Assembly: GCA_963724555.1 (NCBI GenBank)
Contig: CAVRVE010000002.1
Coordinates: 77,005-141,004, forward strand
DNA: 64,000 nt
Direction: 5' to 3'
DNA from: an uncultured Acidobacteriota bacterium
GTDB taxonomy: Bacteria; Acidobacteriota; Vicinamibacteria; Fen-336
Shown here: positions 52,830-63,102 of the stretch, piece by piece
Numbering within the stretch: the first letter of the stretch is position 1
Layout: each line of letters begins with the position of its first letter
Notes under the pieces: generated by a model
Told to the model about the DNA's origin: nothing
The model's database searches: none
Seen by the model: the letters and a program-made list of their open reading frames with translations, nothing else
Made by a program: the position numbers and the translations under genes

Positions 52830-54313
52830 GCGCGGACCCCCTGCGCTTCGGGCTCGAGCGCTTCCGCGGGGGCGCGGATCGGGAGCCGCACGTGCACCGT
52901 CGTCCCGCGGCCGGGCGCCCCGTCGAGCGCGATCGTCCCGCCGTGGCCCTCGACGATGCGCCGTACGAGCGCGAGGCCGAGCCCGACGCCGGCCTCCTTC
53001 GTCGAGAAGTAGGGCTCGAGCGCGTGTGCCGCGGCGTCGGGCGTGAGCCCCACGCCGGTGTCCGCCACCAGCAGCAGCAGCTGGCCCGCGTCGAGCCGGG
53101 CCGAAAGCCGCAGCCGGCCGCCTTCGGGCATCGCCTCGAACGCGTTCAGCACCAGGTTGAGCACGCAGGTCTTGAGCAGCTCGGGATCGGCGAGCGTCGT
53201 GGGCAGCTCCTCCGCCACGTCGAGGTCGATCGTGATCGCCTGCTCGCGCGCCTTGTGCTCCACGAGCTTGGCGGTATCGCGCACCACGGCGCGCACGTCG
53301 CACGGGCGCGGGTCGAGCCGCGCCGGCTGGCCCGAGGACAGGAAGTCGCCGACCAGCCGGTTGAGCCGCGCCACCTCGGACTTGAGGCTGGCGACGAGCG
53401 CCTCGAACTCCGCCCGCCGCGCCTCGTCGGCGGGCGCCAGCCGCGTGCGCACGTAGTCGATCGTCAGGCTGATCGAGTTCAGCGGGTTGCGGATCTCGTG
53501 GGCGAGCGCCGCGGCGAAGCGGCCCATCGCCGTCGAGCGCTCGGCGACGCGCAGCCGCTCCTCGAGCGCACGGCTCTCGCTGAGGCGCTCCACCATCTGG
53601 TTGAAGGTGTGGGCGAGCGCGCCGACCTCGCCGGTCCCCGCCGCGGGCACGCGCGCGCTGAGGTCGCCCGCGGCCACGCGGCGGGCGGCGGCCGTCAGCG
53701 ACTGCACCGGGCGCGAGACCGCGGAGGCGAGGTAGAGCGACAGCAGCATGCCGAGCGCGAAGACCGCCATCGTGGCGGCGACGCGGCTGGCGAAGGCGCT
53801 CTTCGAGAGCACCGAGAAGTCGTCGAGGATGCGGGTGATCACCACGTAGCCCACGCGGCGGTCGCCGACCACGATCGGGACCCGCAGGTTCGAGGCGGTC
53901 GGCCGGCCCTCGGGCGAGTCGTCGCCCAGCACGCCGCGGATCACGAACTCGGTGGGTCCGCGGCGGCGTGCCAGCTTCTTGCCGACGTTGCGCGGGTCGG
54001 TCGAAGCCTGCACCACCTCCTCCGAGGCGTCGGCGATCGAGACGTCGCGCACGCCCAGCAGCCGCAGCTTGTTCGCGTAGTCGCGCACGGCCTTCTGCAG
54101 GTCCGCGCCGCCGCCCGGCTGCTCCTGGGTGATCTCGATCGCGGTCGAGAGCTCTTCCGTGTAGTCGCGGATGCGGCCGAGCATCGCCTGCTCGCCGAAC
54201 AGGTGCAGCACGAACAGGCTCCCGACGGAGAGCACCAGGAGCGCGAGCATCATCAGCTGCAGCTGCGCGCGCAGCGAGCGGCTGCGCAGTCCGCCCAGAA
54301 GGGACATGCCCAC
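52826..54313 (-). CDS. HAMP sensor histidine kinase
   Basis: 2 TMs, HAMP, LAHEIRNPL, NLVLNA, DTGVG, GVGLGL. Confidence 0.92.
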
Positions 54314-54325
54314 GCTTCGAGTCTA

Positions 54326-54347
54326 GACCCGGGGAAGGCCCCGGGTC
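54326..54347. other. GC-rich hairpin downstream of the DHDPS-like gene (possible terminator or operator)
   Basis: GACCCGGGG-AAGG-CCCCGGGTC; no U-tract. Confidence 0.4.
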
Positions 54348-54368
54348 CAAGCGGGGCAGCCTTCCGGA

Positions 54369-55265
54369 TCAGCCGAGGGCGGGCCGCCGGGCGAGCGCGG
54401 CCCCGATGAGCTCGAGCGCCTGGTCCCGCTCGGCGCCCGCGAGCGGCAGCCGCGGCGGGCGGACCGCCTCCGAGCCGAGGCCGGTCTGGGCCTGGACCAG
54501 CTTGATCAGCTGGACGAACTTCGGCACGGTATCGAGCCGCAGCAGCGGCAGGAACCAGTTGTAGAGCGAGAACGCTTCCGCGAGCTTGCCCTCGCGGGCC
54601 AGGTCGAAGAGCCGGACCGACTCGGCGGGGAGCGCGTCGGCGAGGCCGGCGATCCAGCCCACGGCGCCCGCGCCGATGCCCTCGACGATCAGGTCGTCCA
54701 CCCCGACCAGGATCTCGAGCCGAGAGGCGGCGAGCGCGCGGATCGCGGTCACGCGGCGCGCGTCGGCGCTCGACTCCTTCACGGCGACGAGGTTCGGCAG
54801 CGACTGCGCGAGCTCGACGAGCTGCTCGGGGAGGACGTCCGTGCCGTAGGCGATCGGGTTGTTGTAGAGCATGCACGGCAGCGGCGTCTCGGCGATCACC
54901 GCCTGGAAGTGCGCCTTCGTCTCGCGCCAGTCGCCCTTGTAGACGTACGGCGGCAGCACCATGAGGCCGTCGGCGCCCTGCTCGCGCCCGAGCTCGGCCA
55001 GCCGCTCCGCCTCGGCCGTGGTGAGGGCGGCGACTCCGGCGACGAGGCTCGCCCGGCCGGCGAGCGCTTCCTTGCAGAGGCGCAGCACGGCCTTCTTCTC
55101 GTCGAAGGAGAGCGAGCCGCCCTCGCCGAGCGACCCCAGCGCGACGATCCCGGTGCAGCCGGCGCGGACGAGCGCGTCCACCTGCTTGACCAGCAGGTCG
55201 GCGTCGACCGACAGGTCCGGCTTGAACGGAGTGGTGATCGCGGGAATCACGCCCTGCCACTTCAT
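54369..55265 (-). CDS. DHDPS-family protein, probable 1-pyrroline-4-hydroxy-2-carboxylate deaminase (LhpC-like)
   Basis: GVIPAITTPF, GSLGE, LYNNPIAY, AVKESS; hydroxyproline-cluster context. Confidence 0.8.
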   Translation of the reverse strand: MKWQGVIPAITTPFKPDLSVDADLLVKQVDALVRAGCTGIVALGSLGEGGSLSFDEKKAVLRLCKEALAGRASLVAGVAALTTAEAERLAELGREQGADGLMVLPPYVYKGDWRETKAHFQAVIAETPLPCMLYNNPIAYGTDVLPEQLVELAQSLPNLVAVKESSADARRVTAIRALAASRLEILVGVDDLIVEGIGAGAVGWIAGLADALPAESVRLFDLAREGKLAEAFSLYNWFLPLLRLDTVPKFVQLIKLVQAQTGLGSEAVRPPRLPLAGAERDQALELIGAALARRPALG

Positions 55266-55388
55266 GCCTCGGCCTCCGGAAGGCAGGGTACTACGACTGC
55301 CGGCCGTCCCCGTTCCGCAAGCGGAAATGGATCGCCGGCGGACGCCATGAAGGTGTGAACCCCCTCGTCAGGGCGGGAGTCGGCCACG

Positions 55389-56381
55389 ATGGAGGAGCTG
55401 GAGCAAACCGCGATCGAGCTGTCCGAGACGCGCACGCGCCGGCAGGCGACGGCGACGGTCGTCGAGGAGCCGAGCCACGAGGCCGCGCGGCAGAGGCGAG
55501 CCGCGGCCGCGGAGCTCGTCGACAGCGGGGGGCTCTACGAGGTGATCGAGCTCGTCGGCGCCGGCGGCATGGGGGAGGTCTACCGGGCCCGCGACCGCCG
55601 CCTCGGGCGCGAGGTGGCCGTCAAGGTCCTGCCCTGCGCGCGGGGCCTCGACGAGCGGGCGCTCCGGCGCCTGGAGCAAGAGGCCCGCACGGTAGCGTCG
55701 CTGTCGCACCCGAACATCGTCGCGGTCCACGACCTGCAGATCGAGGAGGGCACCGCCTACGCGGTGATGGAGCTGCTGCACGGACAGAACCTGCGCGCCC
55801 GGCTCAGGCGCGGACCGCTGCCGGCCGCCGAGTGTATCGACTACGCGCGCGGCATCGCCGCCGGCCTTCGCGCCGTACACGACCAGGGCATCATCCACCG
55901 CGACCTGAAGCCGGAGAACCTGTTCATCACGGCCTCGGGCCTGGTCAAGATCCTCGACTTCGGCATCGCCAAGCGCTCGCCCTGCGAGCTTTCGAGCGGC
56001 GACGCGGAGGCGATGCTCACGGTGCCGGGCGAGCTCATCGGGACGGTGTCCTACATGTCGCCGGAGCAGGTGCGAGCCGCTCCGCTCGACACGCGCTCGG
56101 ACCTGTTCTCGTTCGGATCCGTGCTGGTCGAGATGCTGTCGGGTCAGCGGCCGTTCCACAAGGACAGCGGCGCCGAGACGATGGCCGCGATCCTGCGCGA
56201 TCCGCCCGCGGGGCTGCACGCCGCGCGGCTGGCCTCGCCCGCGCTCGCCCGGATCGCGCGCCGCTGCCTGCAGAAGGAGCCCGGCGACCGCCATCGCGAC
56301 ACGGCCGAGCTCGTCGCCGATCTCAGCGCCATCCGCGCCCCGAAGCCGGCCGGGCGGCCCGAGCCGCGCCGTCCCCGCTAG
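55389..56381 (+). CDS. Ser/Thr protein kinase (catalytic domain only)
   Basis: GAGGMGEVY, VAVK, HRDLKPEN, DFG, YMSPEQ. Confidence 0.9.
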   Translation: MEELEQTAIELSETRTRRQATATVVEEPSHEAARQRRAAAAELVDSGGLYEVIELVGAGGMGEVYRARDRRLGREVAVKVLPCARGLDERALRRLEQEARTVASLSHPNIVAVHDLQIEEGTAYAVMELLHGQNLRARLRRGPLPAAECIDYARGIAAGLRAVHDQGIIHRDLKPENLFITASGLVKILDFGIAKRSPCELSSGDAEAMLTVPGELIGTVSYMSPEQVRAAPLDTRSDLFSFGSVLVEMLSGQRPFHKDSGAETMAAILRDPPAGLHAARLASPALARIARRCLQKEPGDRHRDTAELVADLSAIRAPKPAGRPEPRRPR

Positions 56382-56388
56382 CGGCCGG

Positions 56389-57924
56389 TCACCCGCGCCC
56401 GGCCGCCTCGCCCTCGAGCACGCCGAGCGGGACCGGCGAGAGGGGAGCGCGCACGCTGCCGTCCTCCCAGCCGTGCAGGAAGCCGAGCGCGGGACCGCAG
56501 ACGCGGCCCTGGCAGGCGCCCATTCCGGCGCGCGTCGCGAGCTTGGCTTCGCGCGCGGAGGCGAAGCCTTCGAGCCGGCCGTAGCCGACGTCCTCGCAGC
56601 GGCAGACCAGCGTGTCGGAGCGCGGCAGACGACGCAGCTCCTCGCGCGGCTCGAACGCGCGCCCGAGCCGCGCGGCGAAGGCGAGCTGGCGGTCGCGCCG
56701 GACCATGAGCGCCGCGGGCACCTCGCGTCCCGCGGCGGCCGTGCCGGCCACCGCGCCGCTCCAGAGCGCGTGCTCGACGCCCGCGATGCCGGCGAGCTCG
56801 CCCGCGGCGAAGACGCGCGCGAGGCTCGTCTGCTGCGCCCGGTCGGTGACCACGCGCCCCTCGCGCACCTCGCAGCCGACGAGACGCGGCAGCTCCAGGT
56901 TCGGCACCAGGCCGTAGCCTGTCGCGAGCACGTCGCAGTCCCAGGTCCAGTCGCGGCGGCCGTCCGTGAGCGTCGCGCGGAGCGCGCCAGAGCGCTCCTC
57001 GGCCTCGCGCACCCAGGCTCCGGCACGATAGCGCGCGCCGGCGATCCGCGCGGCGTAGCCCAGGCCCTCGGCGATCCTCGACGGAGTGCGCCAGAGCGAG
57101 GCGCCGAACGCGAGCAGCCGTCCGAGAGGCGCCTGCTCGGCGACGCCCACGACGCGCGCTCCGGCTGCGGCGAGCGCGGCGGCCACGGCGAGCAGCAGCG
57201 GGCTCGAGCCGGCCACGACGACGCGCAGCCCTGCGACGCGCGCGCCGGCCTTGACGAGCGCCTGCGCGCCACCGACGCCGACGACGCCCGGCAGCGTCCA
57301 GCCCGGGAAGGGCAGGAAGAGCTCGCGAGCGCCGGTCGCCAGCACGAGGCGCTCGAAGCGCACGCGGCGAGCGCGTCCCGCGTCCTCGATCAGAAGCTCC
57401 CGCTCCGTCGCGTCGACGACCGTGGCGCCCGTGACCGCGCTCGCGCCGGAGCGCGCGAAACGCGCGAGCCAACGAAGCGCCGCGCGCGGCGGCTCGCCAC
57501 GGTGGCGCCAGATCTGGCCGCCCGGCCTCGGGTTCGTGTCGACGAGCAGCGTGCGCGCGCCGGCTTCCGCGGCATGCACGGCCGCGGCGAGGCCGGCCGG
57601 GCCGCCGCCCACCACGACGACGGCCGCCTCGAGAGCGGGGGCGTGGCCCTGGGGCCGCGCGGCGCCGGACGACGCCCGTGCGTCGAGCGCGACCGTCATT
57701 CCCTCGCGCACCGGCGTGAGGCAGGCGCGGACGTGGGGCTCGTCGTCCACGGTGACGCGGCACTCGAAGCAGGTGCCCATGGCGCAGAGCGGGCCGCGCA
57801 CGGAGCCGCCCACCGACGTGCGGACCGCCCGCGCGCCGTGGTTCCAGAGCGCGGCGAGCAGGCTCGCGTCCGCGTCGGCTTCGACGTGCCGGCCGCCGAG
57901 CGTCAGGCGGACGCGCTCAGTCAT
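56389..57924 (-). CDS. Fused 2Fe-2S plus FAD/NAD(P)-binding oxidoreductase (D-hydroxyproline dehydrogenase gamma+alpha-like)
   Basis: CAMGTCFEC...RAC in frame with VGGGPAG, LATGARE, CRCEDV, GMGACQGRVC. Confidence 0.8.
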   Translation of the reverse strand: MTERVRLTLGGRHVEADADASLLAALWNHGARAVRTSVGGSVRGPLCAMGTCFECRVTVDDEPHVRACLTPVREGMTVALDARASSGAARPQGHAPALEAAVVVVGGGPAGLAAAVHAAEAGARTLLVDTNPRPGGQIWRHRGEPPRAALRWLARFARSGASAVTGATVVDATERELLIEDAGRARRVRFERLVLATGARELFLPFPGWTLPGVVGVGGAQALVKAGARVAGLRVVVAGSSPLLLAVAAALAAAGARVVGVAEQAPLGRLLAFGASLWRTPSRIAEGLGYAARIAGARYRAGAWVREAEERSGALRATLTDGRRDWTWDCDVLATGYGLVPNLELPRLVGCEVREGRVVTDRAQQTSLARVFAAGELAGIAGVEHALWSGAVAGTAAAGREVPAALMVRRDRQLAFAARLGRAFEPREELRRLPRSDTLVCRCEDVGYGRLEGFASAREAKLATRAGMGACQGRVCGPALGFLHGWEDGSVRAPLSPVPLGVLEGEAAGRG

Positions 57925-59033
57925 GCGCGGGAACCTCTCGCCGCGGATCGAAGGGCGCGGGGTCGATCGCCGGACGCGCGGCCGAGCACGAGGTCGGCGA
58001 GCAGCCGCGCGGTGCCCGGCGCGGTCGTGACGCCGAGACCCTCGTGGCCCGCGGCGATCCAGAGGCCCTTCTCCCACGGGCCGACGAGCGGCAGCTTGTC
58101 CGGCGTCGCCGGCCGGAAGCCGGTCCACGTGCGGAGCGCCCTGAGCCGCGGCAGGGCCGGCAGGTACTCCGCGGCGCGCCGCAGCATGCGGCCACAGAGC
58201 GCATGGTTGAGCGAGGCGTCCCAGCCCACGAGCTCGCGCGACGAGCCGACCAGCAGCTGGCCCGTTCGTCGCGGCTGGACGTTCATCGCCACCGACTCGC
58301 GCGTCAGCGTGTGCGCGCTCTTCAGGTAGCCGAGCTCGACGACCTGGTGGCGCAGGAAGCCGGGGTAGCGGTCGGTGATCACCAGGTGCCCCTTCCGCGG
58401 CACGATCGGCAGGCCCGGCGTGAGGTGCTTCGCATCGGCGCCGGCGGCATTCACGACGAGATCGGCTTCGTGCCAGCGGCCGCCCGAGCGCGCGCGTCCG
58501 GGCTCGAGCGCCTCCACGGGCTGGCCGGCCGCGACCGTCGCCCCGAGTGCCTGGGCCCTCTCGAGAAACCACCGCGCGGCCGCGGGAGGGTAGACGACGC
58601 GGTCCTGCGGCACGCGGAGCGCCCCGGCGAGCCCCGGCCGCAGCTGCGGCTCGGCCTCCCGCAGCCCCGCGGCGTCCAGCAGCTCGACGCGCTCGCCGCG
58701 CGCCTCGTAGTAGGCCGCCTTCTTGCGGCAGTGGGCGAGCTCCTCGTCGTCCGCGGCGACCCAGAGCGTCCCGCACGGGTCGTCCTCCACGTCCGCGGGC
58801 AGCGACGGCACGCGCTCGGTCCAGAGCCGCCGCGAGTACGCGGTGAGCGCGAACTGCGCCTCCGAGTCGTCCATCACCACCAGGTGGCCCATCGCCGCGC
58901 CCGTGGCGCCCGCTCCCGGGAAGGCCGCCTCGAGGACGCTCACGCGGCATCCCGCCTCCGCGAGCGCCTCGGCGCACGCGGCGCCCACGACGCCGGCGCC
59001 GACCACGATCACCGACGGGGAAGACGCGCTCAT
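57917..59033 (-). CDS. FAD-dependent D-amino-acid oxidase-family protein (D-hydroxyproline dehydrogenase beta-like); frameshift near 57975
   Basis: VGAGVVG, ATGAAMGH, PRKGHL, WTGFRP, GHEGLGVT. Confidence 0.82.
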
Positions 59034-60005
59034 GAAGCGGCCGTGAATCCCTCCCGGAACGGGTCCTGGGCGTCGAAGTAGAGGGTGGCGCGGCCGGTGA
59101 CGTAGGCGCGCCCGCGGATGCGAGGGACGAGGACGCCGTCGCGCTCCTCGAGCCAGCCTTCGAAGCGCGAGCCGGTGATGCTCTCCTGGCGCCAGCGCTC
59201 GCCGGGCCGCAGCGTGCCGCGGGCCGCGAGCACGGCGAGCTTGGCCGACGTGCCGGTGCCGCAGGGCGAGCGGTCGTAGGCGAGGCCGGGGCAGAGCACG
59301 AAGTTGCGCGAGTCCGCGTCCGGGCGCTGCGGCGGCCCGAACAGCTCGATGTGGTCGATCTCGGCCCCGTCGCGGCCCGTCACGCCGTGGGCGCGGAGCG
59401 CGCTCCTTGATCCGGGTGGTGACCTCGGTGAGCAGCGCCGCGTTCCCGAGCTCGAGCGCGGGCGCGCGCAGCTCGGTCAGGAAGAACCAGTTGCCGCCCC
59501 ACGCCACGTCGCCCGTGACACGCCCGACGTCCGGCACGTCCAGCGCGACGTCCCGCGCGTGACAGAAGGCGGGAACGTTCTCGATCGTGACGGCGCCGTC
59601 CGCTTCGAGCTCGGCTCCCACGGTGCCCACGGGCGTGTCGACGCGGAGCGTGCCGGGGCCGAGCCGCCCGAGGTGCTCGAGCGTCCGCACGAGGCCGATC
59701 AGGCCGTGGCCGCACATGCCCAGGCCGCCGGCGTTGTTGAAGAAGACGACGCCCGCGGCGGAGCCGGGCGCGACGGGCGGCGTCAGCAGCGCGCCGACGA
59801 TCGCGTCGTGGCCGCGCGGCTCGCAGACGACGGCCCGGCGCAGGCGATCCTGCCGCTCCAGCAGGAACGCGCGCCGCTCGGCCATCGTGCGGCCTTCCGG
59901 CTGCGGCCAGCCCGCGACGACGACGCGCGTCGGCTCGCCTTCGGTGTGGGAGTCGACGACCTCGACCCGCTCGGGCCAGGCGGGGACCGGCGCGGCGTGC
60001 GCCAC
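59030..60005 (-). CDS. Proline racemase family, probable 4-hydroxyproline 2-epimerase; frameshift near 59400
   Basis: DSHTEGEPTR, EPRGH, GMCGH and DRSPCGTGT (both catalytic Cys), WGGNWF. Confidence 0.88.
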
Positions 60006-60018
60006 GCGGGTTCCGGCC

Positions 60019-61623
60019 TCAGCCCCGGCTCGGCACCGGCTCGCGCGTGGGATGCCCGTCGAGCAGGCGCCAGATGCCGCGCGGGTTCGAGTCGCGCAGC
60101 TCCTCGGGCAGCGCGGAGTTCGGGACGTCCTGGAAGCAGACCGGCCGCGCGAAGCGCACGATCGCGGCGGTGCCGACCGACGTCGCGCGCGAGTCGCTCG
60201 TGGCCGGCCACGGCCCGCCGTGGTGCATGGCGTGGGTCACCTCGACGTCGGTGGGCACGCCGTTCATCACGATGCGGCCGGCCTTGCGCGCGAGCAGCGG
60301 CAGCAGTGCCGGGTTCGCCGCCAGGTCCTTCTCCGTGGCGTGGACGGTCGCGACCAGGTGGCCCTTGAGCTGCGCGGCGGCGTTCATCAGCTCGCCCTCG
60401 GAGCGGCAGCGCACCGCGACGCTCACCGGGCCGTAGATCTCCTCGCCCAGGCGCTCCTGCGTGGTGAAGCTCGGCACGTCGGTCACGATCAGCGCCGGCT
60501 GCGCTTCGGTGTCCGCGTGCGCCCCGTGGCTGCTCGCGCGCGCCGCCACGGCCACGCCCGCGAGGGCGCCCACGAGCGTGAGCGCCTCGTCGTAGGCGCG
60601 CTTGATGCCGGCGTGCGCCATGGTTCCGGCGGGGGACTCGCCGAGCAGCGTGCCGAGCTGCGCGACGAAGCCGTCGGTCGGATCGGCCACGAAGGTGAGG
60701 CCGGGGTTCGTGCAGAACTGGCCGGAGCCGAGGATGATCGACGAAGCGAGCGTCTTCGCGATCTCGTCGCCGCGCGTCGCGAGCGCGTCGGGCAGCACGA
60801 AGACGGGGTTCGCCGACCCCATCTCGGCGAAGACGGGGATCGGCTGCGGGCGCTTCGCCGCGGCGGCGACGAGCGCCTGGCCGCCGCGGAACGAGCCCGT
60901 GAAGCCGACGGCCTGGATCGCGGGGTGCGCGACCAGCGCCTGGCCGACGTCGGGCGAGGCCCCCTGGACCATCGAGAAGACGCCGTCGGGCATCCCCGTC
61001 GCGCGCGCGGCCGTCAGGATCGCGCGGGCGACGAGCTCCGAGGTGCCGGGATGCGCCGGGTGGGCCTTCACCACGACCGGGCAGCCGGCCGCGAGCGCCG
61101 AGACGGTGTCGCCGCCGGCGACGGAGAACGCCAGCGGGAAGTTCGACGCGCCGAACACGGCGACCGGTCCGAGCGGCACCAGCATGCGGCGCACGTCGGG
61201 CTTCGGCTGCGGCTTGCGCTCGGGCTGGGCGCGGTCGATCCGCGCCTCGACCCAGGAGCCGGCCTCGATGAGATCGGCGAAGAGCCGCGCCTGGTTCGCG
61301 GTGCGCGCCCGCTCGCCCTCGAGCCGCGGGCGGGGGAGCGCCGTCTCGGCCTGCGCCCGCTCGAGCAGCTCGTCGCCGACGGCGACGAGCTCGTCGGCGA
61401 TCTGGCGCAGGAACGCGGCCCGCCGCGCCGGCGGCAGCGCCGAGTACGGCTCGAAGGCCGCCTCGGCCGCGCGTCCCGCGGCGTCGACCTCGGCGGCCGT
61501 TGCTTCGCTGAAGTCCGGCTCGAGCGCTTCGCCCTTCGCCGGGTCCTGCGCGCGGAAGGACGTGGCTCCCGCGCGCGATTCCCGGGCGCCGATGAAGCTC
61601 GAGCCGGAGATCGTGACCGGCAG
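60019..61623 (-). CDS. Aldehyde dehydrogenase (NADP+), alpha-ketoglutaric semialdehyde dehydrogenase type; start codon not identifiable
   Basis: Open frame from 61626: ETALP...GERARTANQ, FGASNFPLAFSVAGGDT, AEMGSANP, GQFCTNPG, HGGPWPAT. Confidence 0.88.
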   Translation of the reverse strand: MPVTISGSSFIGARESRAGATSFRAQDPAKGEALEPDFSEATAAEVDAAGRAAEAAFEPYSALPPARRAAFLRQIADELVAVGDELLERAQAETALPRPRLEGERARTANQARLFADLIEAGSWVEARIDRAQPERKPQPKPDVRRMLVPLGPVAVFGASNFPLAFSVAGGDTVSALAAGCPVVVKAHPAHPGTSELVARAILTAARATGMPDGVFSMVQGASPDVGQALVAHPAIQAVGFTGSFRGGQALVAAAAKRPQPIPVFAEMGSANPVFVLPDALATRGDEIAKTLASSIILGSGQFCTNPGLTFVADPTDGFVAQLGTLLGESPAGTMAHAGIKRAYDEALTLVGALAGVAVAARASSHGAHADTEAQPALIVTDVPSFTTQERLGEEIYGPVSVAVRCRSEGELMNAAAQLKGHLVATVHATEKDLAANPALLPLLARKAGRIVMNGVPTDVEVTHAMHHGGPWPATSDSRATSVGTAAIVRFARPVCFQDVPNSALPEELRDSNPRGIWRLLDGHPTREPVPSRG

Positions 61624-61626
61624 GAG

Positions 61627-63059
61627 CTACACCTTTTCCGGGACGGCGAACGGCGCCCGGTACGTGCGGGTGAGCAGCTTGTCCGCCTCGGCGTCGCTCA
61701 CGAACCTCTCCGTCTTGCCGTCGAACTTGAGCTTGCGGCCGACGCGGTACGAGATGTTCGCGAGGTGCGCGAGCGAGGACGAGTAGTGGCCCTCTTCGAT
61801 GCCGCAGGTCAGGATCTTCGGATCGTTGGCCTTGATGGCGTCGACGAAGTTGCGGTAGTGCGGGCCCTCCTCGCTCGTCAGCACGTTCGGGTCGCTGCCG
61901 CCGGCGCGGCGGCGGGCGCCGCGTCGGAGCCCGGCCCCTTCTCTTCCTTGCGCCCCATGTAGCTCTGCCACTTGCGGCCGTCGCCGTCGATCCAGACCCA
62001 GCCCTTGCTGCCGTAGAAGAGGTTGCCGATGCGCTGCGTGCCTTCCTCGTTCGTGTACTGGCCGCGCGTCGCGAACTCGAACACCGTCCCGTCCGCGTAC
62101 TCGAAGATCGAGCTGTGCGTGTCGGGCGTCTCCTGCGAGGCCGGCGCGCCGAAGTAGCCGCCCACCGCGGCGACCGTCACGGGGTGCTCGTTCTTGGCGA
62201 TGCCCCAGCGCGCGATGTCGAACTGGTGCGGGCCCTGGTTGCCGGTGTCGCCGTTGCCGTAGGCCCAGTGCCAGTGCCAGTTGTAGTGGAAGTGGTTGCG
62301 GTTGAACTCCCGCTTCGGAGCGGGCCCGAGCCAGAGGTCGTAGTCCACCTTCGTCAGGTAGGCCGCGTCCCAGACGCCCTCGGGCACCGGCGGCGCCTCC
62401 ACGTTCAGGCAGTGAGCCTTGCCGTCGGTGATCGGGCCGTCGGGGTACTTCGAGATGCAGGGGCGCGGCTTGAAGCACAGCCCGCGCGCCATGTAGACCT
62501 TGCCGATGCCGCCGTCGTGGATGAACTGGATCGCCTGGCGCACCGCCGGGCGGCTACGGTTCATCGTGCCGACCTGCACGATCTTGCCGTAGCGCTTCGT
62601 CGCCTCGACCATCTGGCGCCCTTCCCAGACCGTGTGCGACGCCGGCTTCTCCACGTAGACGTGCTTGCCGGCCTGGAGCGCCCAGATCGTGGCGAGCGCG
62701 TGCCAGTGGTTCGGCGTCGCGACGAGCACGCCGTCTATGTCCTTGTCGTCGAGCACGCGGCGCAGGTCCTTCGCGTACCCGGGCTTGAAGGTAGCGACGT
62801 TCTGGAGTGCCTTGTCGCCCGCGCGGCTCGCGAACAGGTTCTCGTCGATGTCGCAGAGCGTCTTGATCTCGACGTCCGGGAGCTTGGCGAAGCCCCGCTT
62901 GATCGCGTTGCCCTGGCCGCGGATGCCGATCGAGGCGAGCACCACGCGGTCGTTCGCCCCCAGCACGCGCCGGGCGTCGCCCGCTACCACCGCCGCTGTC
63001 GCGAGCGACGTGGCCGCCGTGAACCGGCGCCGGCTCATCTCGTTCCGATCGCTTGCCAT
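61627..63059 (-). CDS. Gfo/Idh/MocA oxidoreductase with Tat signal; frameshift near 61900
   Basis: SRRRF, GANDRV, ATPNHWH, YVEKP, WLGPAP, GDTGNQGPHQFD, HLANIS. Confidence 0.88.
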
Positions 63060-63102
63060 GGAGTGCCTCCTTGGATACGACCAGGCATTCTATCCTTCCT
63101 GC

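Noticed and set aside
54369-55265. dapA (lysine biosynthesis)
   Set aside because: Has GSLGE rather than GTTGE and YNNP rather than YNVP, and the gene context favours an LhpC-type deaminase
56389-59033. Hydrogen cyanide synthase (hcnABC) or opine oxidase assignment
   Set aside because: Same protein families, but the adjacent epimerase, deaminase-like and semialdehyde dehydrogenase genes point to hydroxyproline catabolism
57921-60005. Apparent racemase-DAO fusion (694 aa)
   Set aside because: The racemase C-terminus (DRSPCGTGT) is in another frame ending at 59030, and the DAO has its own ATG at 59033
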